This document shows, piece by piece, positions 38,483 to 49,674 of a DNA stretch of 64,000 nucleotides. The position numbers were made by a program, and so were the translations under genes. The first letter of the stretch is position 1. Each line of letters begins with the position of its first letter. The notes under the pieces are model-generated. The model saw only the letters and a list, made by a program, of their open reading frames with translations. It was not told the origin of the DNA and made no database searches. The stretch lies in IMG/VR virus record IMGVR_UViG_3300035698_018317, positions 62,001-126,000 of that record. One strand, written 5' to 3'.

Positions 38483-39564
38483 GAACTTTAGCAATAAAAA
38501 ATTCCAAACAGGGTAATGATTTTAATGTAGTTATATCTGATTCGGCTCTAGCTGAAATGGAAGAATACGTTAAAGTTAACCACCCAAAAACGACTGTCTA
38601 CATCATATATGACCAAATCTTAGGAGATAAGATAGACCTACTTCGGAAAGATACAGTTTTCATTCCTTACCCCAAGACAAGAAGCTACAGAGAATCGGCA
38701 GAAGAAATAAAAAATTGGAAAACAGCAACTCAATTGGTAAAGAATTTGTTTGAATATGGTATGAAAAAAAATGATGTGGTGATTGCTGTTGGTGGTGGGA
38801 CAGTTACCGACATGGCTGGATTTGTCTCTACGCTTGTTTATAGAGGGGTAAGTTGCATCTATTGTCCAACGACTATATCGTGCAGTATTGATGCGTGTAT
38901 CGGGGGAGAAACGGGAGTAAATTACGGCAAGAGAAAAAATGTTATTGGGACATTCCGAAATCCTAATGCTGTGTTCGTTGATTTAAATTTATTACAAAGT
39001 TTGTCCCATGAGGAAGTCCAAAGCGGACTTTGTACAAGCATAAAACATGCATTAATATGTGATGAAGGTTTTTTCCATTTTATACAAGAAAATTCCAATA
39101 ATATATATGAGAAAAACCACGAAACCTTAGAAGAATTGATTTATAAAAATCTGGAAATCAAAAGAACATTTGTCACATCAGATGGATTGTACAATAAAAA
39201 AATTGCTTTGGATTTAGGTCAACCTTTCTTTGATGCTTTGGTTAAACACTTTGAATATAATTATGAAGTCGCTTTAGCTATGGGATTAATAATAGTGTGT
39301 CGTGTTTCTAATAAACTCAATCTTCTTAGTGATGAAGATTTAGTTAAGATTGATGCATTACTATCATCTCATTTCAATCTTAGCATCGCAACTGGTAGAC
39401 CACCGAAAAGAGATGTAGATTACTTGATGAAATCAATACGTCGCCATAAAGAAGTAAATATAGTCCTTCCTGTTGCCATAGGTAACGTAGAGGTACATAC
39501 CGTTCCAATAAAATTATTGAACGAATCTTTAACTAGTGTATTCGTTGATGATGGCCGTTTCTAG
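38479..39564 (+). CDS. 3-dehydroquinate synthase (AroB)-like protein with degenerate active site
   Basis: GGGTVTD, PTT, D..IGG, KNVIGTF..P present; metal ligands are replaced. Confidence 0.85.
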   Translation: MRTLAIKNSKQGNDFNVVISDSALAEMEEYVKVNHPKTTVYIIYDQILGDKIDLLRKDTVFIPYPKTRSYRESAEEIKNWKTATQLVKNLFEYGMKKNDVVIAVGGGTVTDMAGFVSTLVYRGVSCIYCPTTISCSIDACIGGETGVNYGKRKNVIGTFRNPNAVFVDLNLLQSLSHEEVQSGLCTSIKHALICDEGFFHFIQENSNNIYEKNHETLEELIYKNLEIKRTFVTSDGLYNKKIALDLGQPFFDALVKHFEYNYEVALAMGLIIVCRVSNKLNLLSDEDLVKIDALLSSHFNLSIATGRPPKRDVDYLMKSIRRHKEVNIVLPVAIGNVEVHTVPIKLLNESLTSVFVDDGRF

Positions 39565-40485
39565 TAGAATTTTATACCATTGATAAGTAGATTGAAGCCC
39601 TTCTTTAAATGGAATCTTTGCTTTCCAGCCTGCTTCTGTAATTTTTGTTACATCAAGAAGTTTTCTCATAGTCCCATCAGGTTTAGAAGTATCTGTCACA
39701 ATTTCTCCTTTAAAACCTACAACTTCTTTTATTGCTTCGGCAATTTCTAATATGGATAAATCTTCTCCGGTTCCTACATTGATAATATCAGGCGAATCAT
39801 AATTGTTCATCAAAAACAGACAGGCATAAGCCAAATCGTCTACATGAAGCATTTCTCTTCTTGGAGTTCCGGTTCCCCACATCACAACTTGTTTGTCTCC
39901 ATTCATTTTGGCTTCATGAAATTTCCTCATTAAAGCTGGTAGTAGGTGAGATGTTTCTAAGTCAAAATTGTCATTCGGGCCAAACAAGTTGGTTGGCATC
40001 AAGCAAATGCCATTGAACCCATATTGCTTGGCATAAGATTGTATCATTTGGATACCAGCTATTTTAGCAATTGCATACGCATTGTTTGTAGACTCAAGTG
40101 GTCCAGTCAGAAGATAGTCTTCCTTAATGGGTTGTGGGCATTCTTTTGGGTAAATACAAGATGAACCTAAAAACATGAGCTTTTTGACGCCATTACGATA
40201 TGCTGAATCAATAACGTTTGTTTGAATCATTAAATTATCGTATATGAAATCAGCAGGGCATGTAGAATTTGCAACAATTCCCCCTACCGTTGCTGCTGAC
40301 AAGAAAATATATTCCGGCTTACTTTCTTTAAACCATTTATCTACTTCATCACGGTTTCTCAAATCTACTTCTAATCTTGTTTTTACTTCGATGTTCGCAT
40401 ATCCATTCAGATATAGTTTTGTTACTATGGCTGACCCTACCAACCCCTTATGACCTAAAACAATTATTTTACTTTCTTTTTTCAT
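39529..40485 (-). CDS. fcl: GDP-L-fucose synthase
   Basis: GHKGLVGSA, LGSSCIYPK, YAIAK, PTNLFGPNDNF, GTGTPRRE. Confidence 0.95.
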   Translation of the reverse strand: MKKESKIIVLGHKGLVGSAIVTKLYLNGYANIEVKTRLEVDLRNRDEVDKWFKESKPEYIFLSAATVGGIVANSTCPADFIYDNLMIQTNVIDSAYRNGVKKLMFLGSSCIYPKECPQPIKEDYLLTGPLESTNNAYAIAKIAGIQMIQSYAKQYGFNGICLMPTNLFGPNDNFDLETSHLLPALMRKFHEAKMNGDKQVVMWGTGTPRREMLHVDDLAYACLFLMNNYDSPDIINVGTGEDLSILEIAEAIKEVVGFKGEIVTDTSKPDGTMRKLLDVTKITEAGWKAKIPFKEGLQSTYQWYKILLETAIINEYTS

Positions 40486-40486
40486 T

Positions 40487-41557
40487 TTATCTTATCCTAT
40501 AATCTAAGTTTGGCCGACAATCATACTTCATCATATCATCAATAATCATGTCAAAATCAAATTCGGGTTTCCAACCAATTTTTTTTATTTTAGAAGGATT
40601 TCCAAGAAGAACATCTACCTCTGACGGTCGGAAATACTTTTTATCTACTTTTACAACTACATTCCCAGCGTATACGCCTACTTCATCTATACCAGAACCA
40701 CTCCATTCTAAGGGCATTCCCATCCAGTCAAAACATTTTTTTACGAATTCTCTTACAGTATGTGTTTCTCCTGTGGCTACAACATAATCATCTGGTTCAT
40801 CTTGTTGTAAAATAAGCCATTGTGATTTAACATAATCCCTAGCATGTCCCCAATCTCTATAGGCATCCATATTCCCCAGTCTAAGAGGTTCTACAAACTG
40901 AAACTTTCTTTCTTTAAGTAATGATAAATTTTCGCCACACCATCTTGTTATTTTTTTTGTTACAAAAGTTTCTCCTCTGCGAGAGGATTCATGGTTGAAT
41001 AAGATTCCATTGCAAGCAAAAGAACCATAAGCTTCACGATAGTTCTTTGTAATCCAATATGCGTATAACTTAGCAGCCCCATACGGAGAACGAGGATGGA
41101 AATCATTATTTTCATCATATCCATTTTCAGGCATTTCGCTACGCCGTCCCCCAAACATCTCTGATGTAGATGCTTGGTAGAATTTAGAATTAGGGCAATT
41201 CTGGTACATAGCATCTAACAATCTAAGACATCCAATAGCGTCTACATCGGCTGTATATTCTGGAACTTCAAAAGATACCTTTACATGACTTTGAGCGGCC
41301 AGATTATAGATTTCTTTTGGCTTGATTTTAGAAATTAAAGCTGTGAGATTACTAGAATCTGTCATGTCCCCATGATGAATAAATAATTTTTTTCCATATA
41401 TCTTGTCATCTGACATGAGATGTTCTATCCGTTCCGTAGTAAAAACAGAACTTCTACGCATGATTCCATGCACTTCATATCCTTTATCTAACAAGAATTC
41501 TGCTAGATAGCTTCCATCTTGACCTGTAATGCCAGTAATAATAGCTTTCTTATTCAT
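40487..41557 (-). CDS. gmd: GDP-mannose 4,6-dehydratase
   Basis: [45 protein letters not shown]. Confidence 0.97.
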   Translation of the reverse strand: MNKKAIITGITGQDGSYLAEFLLDKGYEVHGIMRRSSVFTTERIEHLMSDDKIYGKKLFIHHGDMTDSSNLTALISKIKPKEIYNLAAQSHVKVSFEVPEYTADVDAIGCLRLLDAMYQNCPNSKFYQASTSEMFGGRRSEMPENGYDENNDFHPRSPYGAAKLYAYWITKNYREAYGSFACNGILFNHESSRRGETFVTKKITRWCGENLSLLKERKFQFVEPLRLGNMDAYRDWGHARDYVKSQWLILQQDEPDDYVVATGETHTVREFVKKCFDWMGMPLEWSGSGIDEVGVYAGNVVVKVDKKYFRPSEVDVLLGNPSKIKKIGWKPEFDFDMIIDDMMKYDCRPNLDYRIR

Positions 41558-42200
41558 ACTTTACATGAGTATAGGGTGATATTATTTTGAAAAATACTTG
41601 GGATGAATCAGGATTAATCATAATTCTAAAACGACCTCTATCTGTCGTAATTCTTGTGGAAAAATTAAGACCTATTCGGAAGAATTTTTCTATTGTGTTG
41701 GTTCCTTTTTCTCCCCATACGTGCGTGTTTAGAATAATTTCTTTGTTATGATAACGACCCGAATCCATATACCATATTGCCATAGATAAATCATACATTG
41801 TATCTAATATGGTAGATTTAATATGTCTCACACCGTCTTTGTAAAACATCTTCCTATATTCATCAAAAATTGGATAACAAAGAGAGTGCCATCTGTTGGT
41901 GTTCTTTGATGATGTAAATGGATTGTCAGAAGATAAAACATTAAGTTCAGATGCCTTATGTTCAATCCATTTTATATTGTTACTTCGCATTGTTAAATAA
42001 CAATTTCTTCCTTTAGGAGGCTTTACAATAGAAGAACCTCCTAAAATAGTCCCTATTATTATCCTATTTTGTCTTTTTGATATTGTTGGGTTTATCGTGT
42101 GCATCGTTTTATATACGCAATTGGTATAATTTTCTACCAGTTGCATGTTAAAATTAATTTGATAAAAATAGATAAGGTTGAAGTACAATTTAGTACACAA
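41550..42200 (-). CDS. LAGLIDADG_2-type homing endonuclease-like protein, probably inactive
   Basis: [12 protein letters not shown] and [11 protein letters not shown]; the true start may be 42146 or 42104. Confidence 0.75.
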   Translation of the reverse strand: MCTKLYFNLIYFYQINFNMQLVENYTNCVYKTMHTINPTISKRQNRIIIGTILGGSSIVKPPKGRNCYLTMRSNNIKWIEHKASELNVLSSDNPFTSSKNTNRWHSLCYPIFDEYRKMFYKDGVRHIKSTILDTMYDLSMAIWYMDSGRYHNKEIILNTHVWGEKGTNTIEKFFRIGLNFSTRITTDRGRFRIMINPDSSQVFFKIISPYTHVKYE

Positions 42201-42229
42201 ACTTAATTAAAAATTAAAAGGAGAAAATT

Positions 42230-42562
42230 ATGGGAGCAACAACTGGTAATCAAGGAGCTGGACATGGTTCGGCAATGGGCGCAGGCGTTAAAGGTCCGGG
42301 TAATGGAAGAAATATTTTTGTTCCGTTGGTAGCACCGCATATCGTAGCCGCTGGCGTAGTAGCCCTAGTTGGTGGAACTATAAACGTTTCGTTGGCTGGT
42401 TTGACGGGTGGAGCAGAGCTTTATTCGGTACAGGCACAGGGACCAAATGCTGTAACAGTTACAGTAAAGACAGAAACGGATGACGTTCTGACTTCAATTA
42501 CACTGGTAGGAACTGGTACTGACAGCGTAGACTACGTTGTAACAACCGTAGGCATTCAGTAA
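42230..42562 (+). CDS. Putative structural protein; paralogue of 29670..30059
   Basis: MGATTGNQGAGHGSA...KGPGNGR; SD AGGAGA. Confidence 0.6.
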   Translation: MGATTGNQGAGHGSAMGAGVKGPGNGRNIFVPLVAPHIVAAGVVALVGGTINVSLAGLTGGAELYSVQAQGPNAVTVTVKTETDDVLTSITLVGTGTDSVDYVVTTVGIQ

Positions 42563-42583
42563 TCTCGACGGATTAATACTAGC

Positions 42584-42620
42584 AAGAACCCTCCGCAATT
42601 TATTTTGCGGGGGGTTTTTT
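42584..42620 (+). terminator. Rho-independent terminator
   Basis: ACCCTCCGCAA/TTGCGGGGGGT stem followed by a T-run. Confidence 0.85.
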
Positions 42621-42622
42621 AT

Positions 42623-43141
42623 TTAAAGAATAATTTTATTATCCCTCATTGTATCTGTTAATTTAAGTAGATGTTTACACATCCCCGGCATTTCTTGTGG
42701 GTTCGCAGTTCCGGGCCTCATTAAAGCCTCATACGCAGCCCTTTTACGGCCATATAATGAATTATCTACATGGTCATAGTAATTGAATCTCCAATAAAAA
42801 TCTTTACAGTTGCATCTTAAAATAACATCAGTATCCATAGACAGTGGCTCAAAGAAATGTTCACTGCCATCTTCAGTTATTTTGATTAAATTGGGTTCTT
42901 CATTTTCATGGTATTGAACATTTTTGAAAACGATTATTGGAGAATATTCTTTTCCTTCATTCTGGGCGAGTCCCTTAACAAATAATGTTCTCATCCCAAG
43001 AAATGGCCTCCATGTTATATTAGCTATATTTATAGTATCTGTAGCGTACTGTCTCTTTGTGGTATTTGGAAAGGCATCCACCGTACTTTGAAACAGTTCA
43101 GAAAGAGAAGACTCTGTAATTATCCAACTTTTAAAGTCCAT
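42623..43141 (-). CDS. SWIM-like zinc-finger protein with CTS-like start
   Basis: CNCKDF...CKH; starts MDFKSWIITE. Confidence 0.65.
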   Translation of the reverse strand: MDFKSWIITESSLSELFQSTVDAFPNTTKRQYATDTINIANITWRPFLGMRTLFVKGLAQNEGKEYSPIIVFKNVQYHENEEPNLIKITEDGSEHFFEPLSMDTDVILRCNCKDFYWRFNYYDHVDNSLYGRKRAAYEALMRPGTANPQEMPGMCKHLLKLTDTMRDNKIIL

Positions 43142-43169
43142 ACAATAATATCAATCATATTTAATAGTT

Positions 43170-44260
<1,091 letters not shown>

Positions 44261-44549
44261 ATCAGTCCTAGTTTGTTGATACCCCTTCCCCATATCAGAG
44301 AACGAATTTCTTATTTTACCTGCTATGTTTCCTATAGCGGAGCCAATTCCTTCAATAATTTCTTGTTCAATGAGTGCAACTTTTATCTTATCTTCTCTAT
44401 CATCTAATTTGGATATAATGTTTTCCGACATTTCTCCAATGATATCAAGTGGGTTTATACCTAATTCAGCTATGTTATAAGCTAACTGTTCTAATTGGGC
44501 ATTAGCATTATTGTTCTCGTTATATTCTAAAAATGTTCTCATTTTTCCT

Positions 44550-44810
44550 TTAAAATGTAGGCACTAATTCTGGCAATGTTACGCTTAAAACATTGACATT
44601 AGCATCGCCAATTCTATCGTCTGTATTAGCCTGTATAGCTAAACAAGTTTCTCTGGTGACGGTATCAAAACTAAGAATCACCCAATCATCATCGTCCATG
44701 TCTGTAAAGAACTCTCTTGTTGTGCTTCCTACTGGCAACATAGCCATAAAGGTAGCTTTAGAAATAGTTCCTGTATTAGCACATCCTCTTTTTTTTAATT
44801 GTCGAACCAT
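44550..44810 (-). CDS. Hypothetical protein
   Basis: 86 aa; CTATATA-N7-ATG upstream. Confidence 0.55.
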   Translation of the reverse strand: MVRQLKKRGCANTGTISKATFMAMLPVGSTTREFFTDMDDDDWVILSFDTVTRETCLAIQANTDDRIGDANVNVLSVTLPELVPTF

Positions 44811-45053
44811 TTACTATTATATAGACGAAAAGGATTAATTCCAAAAGGAGAAATCTTGATAAATGAAGATTGTTACTGGTTTTTAGATAAAGCTGAAAGC
44901 ATAATGAAGGCACTATGCGTGGAGTGCCAACAAATAGAGAAAACTGGCTGGTTTTGGAAAGGCAGCGAGTTTGGTTATGGTGATTACCACTTAGAATGTT
45001 CTAAGTGTGGAAAGATTCTACATGAAAGTAAAAAAAATGAGACCTCCGTTTAA
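44799..45053 (+). CDS. Small Zn-ribbon protein
   Basis: CVEC and CSKC pairs; start uncertain. Confidence 0.5.
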   Translation: MSNHLLLYRRKGLIPKGEILINEDCYWFLDKAESIMKALCVECQQIEKTGWFWKGSEFGYGDYHLECSKCGKILHESKKNETSV

Positions 45054-45831
45054 AACACATGGTGGAAAGTTCTATCTTGCCTCTTGGATTATAGAGAACT
45101 TCCCAGAAAATCATGAACAATATGATTATATCGAACCTTTCATGGGCGGTGGAAGCGTATTCTTAAATAAAACTCCCTCTATAGGATTGAAAGTCATAAA
45201 TGACATTGATTTGGGAACAATTCAAGTATTCAGAGCATTAAGAGATGAACCTAAAACGTTCATTGCAAAATTGAAAAGAAAAAAATACTCTGAAAATGTA
45301 TTCAAAAGGGAATTAAAAAAGACGGAATTTAAAGATTATTTAGACCATGCAATAAACGAATTTGTATTAAGAAGAATGAGTCGTGGTGGTCTTAAAACAG
45401 CCTTCGCTTGGTCGGAAAGACTACGAGGTGGTGAGCCGGGAGATTTACATGCTTGGAAAACTATTGTTAAGCAATTACCTGAAATAGCCAAGAAGATAAA
45501 AAACATATACATATTTAATAAAGATGCTTGTAAGATTATAGAAGCGTTTAATTCTAAGAATGCCTTAGTTTATTGTGACCCTCCTTATGTTCCAGAAACA
45601 AGAGTAAGCCCTTCTGCATATGGAGCAAACGAAATGAGCACAGATGACCATATTAAACTTTCTCAAAAACTGATGAGGTTTGAAGGCAAAGTGGTTATAA
45701 GTGGATATTCGGGTATTTTGTATAATAGACTTTATGAAGAATGGAGACGAATTGAAAAAGAAGTGCCGAATCATTCTTCTCAACAAAAGACCAAACCACG
45801 TAAAATAGAAGTTTGTTGGATGAACTACTAA
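45037..45831 (+). CDS. dam: DNA adenine methyltransferase (Dam/D12 class)
   Basis: GGKFYLA, YIEPFMGGGSV, NDID, YCDPPY. Confidence 0.9.
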   Translation: MRPPFKTHGGKFYLASWIIENFPENHEQYDYIEPFMGGGSVFLNKTPSIGLKVINDIDLGTIQVFRALRDEPKTFIAKLKRKKYSENVFKRELKKTEFKDYLDHAINEFVLRRMSRGGLKTAFAWSERLRGGEPGDLHAWKTIVKQLPEIAKKIKNIYIFNKDACKIIEAFNSKNALVYCDPPYVPETRVSPSAYGANEMSTDDHIKLSQKLMRFEGKVVISGYSGILYNRLYEEWRRIEKEVPNHSSQQKTKPRKIEVCWMNY

Positions 45832-45850
45832 CCAACAAACTATATATTAT

Positions 45851-46039
45851 GTGAAAAGTTTTAAAAAATGGCTAGAAGATACAGGTCAAGCATGGCCTGC
45901 AACAAATGATGAACCATATGCTATGGCTGGTGTTCAGAGCAGGATTGTGAGTAACGATGCTGTAAAGGCAAAGCCTCAAGGGTTAGCTGCTAAGCTATTT
46001 GGTAAAAAGAAGAAGAGAAAAAAACATGAGAACATTTAG
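45851..46039 (+). CDS. Small basic protein with CTS-like start (MKSFKKWLED; GTG start)
   Basis: 62 aa; CTATATA 4 nt upstream. Confidence 0.6.
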   Translation: MKSFKKWLEDTGQAWPATNDEPYAMAGVQSRIVSNDAVKAKPQGLAAKLFGKKKKRKKHENI

Positions 46040-46370
46040 CGAATACATGGATACCGCAAAAAGTCTTTTCGGGGATAATAAAGACACACAAGCAAAAGCC
46101 GTCATACGTTCAGGTATCAATTTAAGACCTGATTTTTGGGACGATTTTATGAGTATTACAAATGATTCAGAAGGTGTTTCTCAATTATTAGATGTTCCAA
46201 AAGAAAAAGTTTCTAATTGGGCTTCTCTCGTAAAAGATGCATTGGAAGATGTACAAGCAACAGATAATGAAGAAAAAGGTGGACGTTCAGAAATCTTGGG
46301 GACTGGCGAAGATATTGAAGACCCCAAAGGACACCCGGACCACATGGATGATTTGAGACCTACACCTTAA
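46026..46370 (+). CDS. Protein with CTS-like start (MRTFSEYMD)
   Basis: ORF 45999..46370; probable ATG at 46026. Confidence 0.6.
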   Translation: MRTFSEYMDTAKSLFGDNKDTQAKAVIRSGINLRPDFWDDFMSITNDSEGVSQLLDVPKEKVSNWASLVKDALEDVQATDNEEKGGRSEILGTGEDIEDPKGHPDHMDDLRPTP

Positions 46371-47068
46371 TCCCAGCCCAAAATTTTACGTAAAACATCA
46401 TCCGGTTGAAACACGGGATTTTTATACTTTTCAATATATTTCAATTGTGCATCAACATTGTGCCCACTCTTTATTACCTTCTGCTTATACCCTTCTTTAT
46501 TTGTTATTTTAGTTGGCATACTTGGGTGATAACCCTCTCTATAGCCATCCCTGAAGAACGTTATACCTGTAACAAATAGTTCGGTAATCTTAAAAGTCAT
46601 TAAATAATCAATTGCTAACACACCAGTGTTGGCCGTACTACCACCTATGCTGTGTGTTATTTGTTTATGAATGTTTAAAGGAATATAAACTACTTCAAAT
46701 TCAGTATTAATTTCCTCTAGTGCCTTAACACGTTTTTGAACAGCCCCCGTACTTGCGGGATGCCATGTAATCAAATATTTAAGCCCTAATTCCTTAGCTG
46801 GTATCCAAATAGTATCATAAACTTCTTTTAATCTGTCTGTATATCCTTTTTGTTTAGAATGTTTATTTAAATAATCTTCAGCCAACCCTGTTACTAATGC
46901 GTCGGTGTGATGTCCAACATCTTCATAATTATCTTCACTTATTGGCAATGCGCTATTCATACGAATAACTTTATCATAATTATCTATAAGTTGTCCCGAA
47001 CCCTTCAGCGAAGGGGAGGGGCCAACCAACACAACACGTTTATCATATAAATCTTTAACTATACTCAT
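46367..47068 (-). CDS. GT29 (sialyltransferase-like) glycosyltransferase
   Basis: Sialylmotif-L-like VVLVGPSPSLKGSGQLIDNYDKVIRMN; S-like ANTGVLAI; probable start at 47068. Confidence 0.7.
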   Translation of the reverse strand: MSIVKDLYDKRVVLVGPSPSLKGSGQLIDNYDKVIRMNSALPISEDNYEDVGHHTDALVTGLAEDYLNKHSKQKGYTDRLKEVYDTIWIPAKELGLKYLITWHPASTGAVQKRVKALEEINTEFEVVYIPLNIHKQITHSIGGSTANTGVLAIDYLMTFKITELFVTGITFFRDGYREGYHPSMPTKITNKEGYKQKVIKSGHNVDAQLKYIEKYKNPVFQPDDVLRKILGWD

Positions 47069-47598
47069 TTCCAAACCCCAATGTATAAAGCATGGTCTCC
47101 TTGACTTCCTTCTGAATAGATATGGACATCGGTTAATTCTGCGTATTCTTCCAGCTTTTTTTTCCACCATGGTTGATTATGTGCTGAAGGATGTAATGTC
47201 TCATCATCAACTCTATAACAAGTCTCCTTTTTGAAACAAACTGTAACAAAAAGCCTACAACTTACACGTTTCATTTCTATTAGAGATGCATCAACTAAAT
47301 GTGCATCTAAGTGTTCTAAACAATCAAAAGAAGTTAATACGTCAAACTCTTTCTCATCAAATGGTAAATTATCAGCGGAAGCTTTAACATCAGCCGATGG
47401 ACATGCTATATCAACACCTATTCTTTTTGAAACGTCTAAACCTTTAATAAATTCGTTATGGCCACATCCAATGTCAACTACAGATGAAGCATCTAACTCT
47501 TTGAATAAACACATATGGTCTCGGCTATGATTGTCATGCCCATACTGTCCATACTTGTTTTGATTATTGTAAATGTATTCGTAATGTTCTTTGGTCAT
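47065..47598 (-). CDS. Class I SAM-dependent methyltransferase
   Basis: VVDIGCG, FDCLEHL. Confidence 0.85.
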   Translation of the reverse strand: MTKEHYEYIYNNQNKYGQYGHDNHSRDHMCLFKELDASSVVDIGCGHNEFIKGLDVSKRIGVDIACPSADVKASADNLPFDEKEFDVLTSFDCLEHLDAHLVDASLIEMKRVSCRLFVTVCFKKETCYRVDDETLHPSAHNQPWWKKKLEEYAELTDVHIYSEGSQGDHALYIGVWK

Positions 47599-47601
47599 TT
47601 T

Positions 47602-48284
47602 TTAAACTCCTGTAGCAATAATTACATATCCTTCTTTATCGTCTTTTCCATATGATAAAAGACCTTTTCCAACCGAATCTGTAAAGTTAAGGCCCATTTG
47701 AGCTGCTAATATACCTATTACTGATTGGTCATGACGGTGCCCAAGTACTCTTGAATCCTTACTGCACGAGCCTTTATCATTCTTCCAAGGGCCACTAAAA
47801 ACTTCTTTGTTTTTACTATAATCTAACCATTTATCAAAACATTCGGTGCAAATAGGATTAGTAAAATCAAAGCCCATTACATTAGCCATGGCATGAGGCA
47901 TTTTAAATGCCTCTTCTCTACTTACTCCCATGATTTCTAAACATCTATCAGTAGTCCAATCACCACTTGTCCATCCATTCAATTGTATATAATATCCCTG
48001 TTTTTCTATTATATCCCAATGTGCGTCTAAACTCTTCTTGACATAACATCCGGCATCAATCCACAACACTTGGTCATAACCCTGCTTACGGGCTAAATCA
48101 ATGACATATGGTTTAAATGCATAATTTATTTCTTGGTGTGTTGGACATCCATCTGGGTATTTAGTATAAAATTTAACATCACCATTGTAATGGTCTAATA
48201 CACTCTTTTTTAATTTTTTTGAAGCATTTAGATATCTTTTGCTATTAGAATTATTATCAAACTAACTACTATTCTTTTTTTCAT
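47602..48284 (-). CDS. GT-A-like glycosyltransferase with an apparent -1 frameshift near 48260
   Basis: ATG at 48284 reads MKKRIVVS and then stops; the alternative frame is open from about 48259 through PTHQEINYAFKPY..LWIDAG..RHDQS; paralogue of 48294..49037. Confidence 0.7.
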
Positions 48285-48293
48285 AGTTCTCTC

Positions 48294-49037
48294 CTAACCG
48301 CCATTAGCTAAAAATATAATATCTTTGTATTCTGTGTCCATGCCGGGACGCCAATACAAAACATCACATATCTCGTTTTCTTTTCTTTTCCCTTTTAATC
48401 CTGTATTGACATGTCTCCAATTGGTTGCTCCTAATTGATGAGCAATTAAAGATACAGGTGCTTGCTGTCTATGCCCCAGTACTCTCTTGTCGCTACTTGC
48501 CTCACAGTTATTATTATGTCTTATTCTGTTATCTCCATCTCCTGATGCTTCTGGGCACTGCCATGTGTACCTCCAATCCCAAATTCTATCAAATAAATCA
48601 ATACCAATTTGAGAAGTTAAATCTAAACCAAAGCATCCGCCTGAAATACTGGGTATATCGAACAAAGAGTTACGGTCCTCTATACCCATTATTTCTAAAG
48701 CCTTATCCGATGTCCATTGACCCACATTCCAATCGTCATTATCTATAAAATAATATCCTTGTTTGTCTATAATATCAAATATAGGTCGGACATTGTTTAT
48801 GGCCCATAGAGACGAGTCGATATACAATAATTTCTCATATCCTTTGTCTAATAATTCTTTGAAAATATATATCTTAAAACCTAAGTGAAGTTCGTTATGT
48901 GTTGGGCCACCATAAGTCTCAGGAGTTACTGGCTGATAATCACCGTCCCAATACTTTTTGATGCTTTCTTTTTGTCGTTCTAAACATCTGTAATATCTTG
49001 GACTATCTGCATAACTAAATATTATTTCTTTACTCAT
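48294..49037 (-). CDS. GT-A-like glycosyltransferase
   Basis: PTH...GFK.Y, LYIDSS, GQWTSD, DKRVLGHR. Confidence 0.7.
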   Translation of the reverse strand: MSKEIIFSYADSPRYYRCLERQKESIKKYWDGDYQPVTPETYGGPTHNELHLGFKIYIFKELLDKGYEKLLYIDSSLWAINNVRPIFDIIDKQGYYFIDNDDWNVGQWTSDKALEIMGIEDRNSLFDIPSISGGCFGLDLTSQIGIDLFDRIWDWRYTWQCPEASGDGDNRIRHNNNCEASSDKRVLGHRQQAPVSLIAHQLGATNWRHVNTGLKGKRKENEICDVLYWRPGMDTEYKDIIFLANGG

Positions 49038-49624
49038 CGTGTTAATATAATATTTTCAGCACTTTGATATACATTCTTATATCCAAGAGGTTCTAGCCTC
49101 TTCTCTATATCTTTAGCTCTATTATCATGTTCTACAATTATTAGAGAACACTTATCCAACTTATCCCAAGGGAACATACAAAACAATTCGTAGCTATACC
49201 CCTCTACATCAACATCAATGAAATCAAAATCATTCCCATATGTTTCTAATAATTGATTTACTGTTATTGAAGGAATGGAAATTTTTTGCCAATCGACACC
49301 ACCTGCCATCGTAGACCATTTATCTCGATGTGCCGTATCACTAGTTGAGATGGCATCTCCCTGTGAATCATAAAAATCAAGAATACCGCCTTCAGGTGTT
49401 ATGGCTGCACATAATAAATCAACATTAGGCTTCCTAACATTTTTCATCAAATTAACAAAGTTAATAGGACTGGCTTCTATTTCTAACCCAGACCATCCTA
49501 GCTCAACTAATGCAAAAGTATTTGAGAAGGTCTTTCCATCATAGGCACCTATGTCTAAAAACTTCCCTTTACGATTTTTAAAATGTTCTAATATAAATTT
49601 TTCTTCATTGTTTTGCGAATACAT
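49034..49624 (-). CDS. FkbM-family methyltransferase
   Basis: YSQNNEE, FLDIGAYDG..SNT, DVDVEG. Confidence 0.85.
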   Translation of the reverse strand: MYSQNNEEKFILEHFKNRKGKFLDIGAYDGKTFSNTFALVELGWSGLEIEASPINFVNLMKNVRKPNVDLLCAAITPEGGILDFYDSQGDAISTSDTAHRDKWSTMAGGVDWQKISIPSITVNQLLETYGNDFDFIDVDVEGYSYELFCMFPWDKLDKCSLIIVEHDNRAKDIEKRLEPLGYKNVYQSAENIILTR

Positions 49625-49674
49625 TTAACGCCTTTCTATATGGTTTTCCAATTATTCATTGGGGGTATTTTTTA

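Noticed and set aside
38479-39564. Functional aroB auxiliary metabolic gene
   Set aside because: All three metal ligands and key basic residues are substituted.
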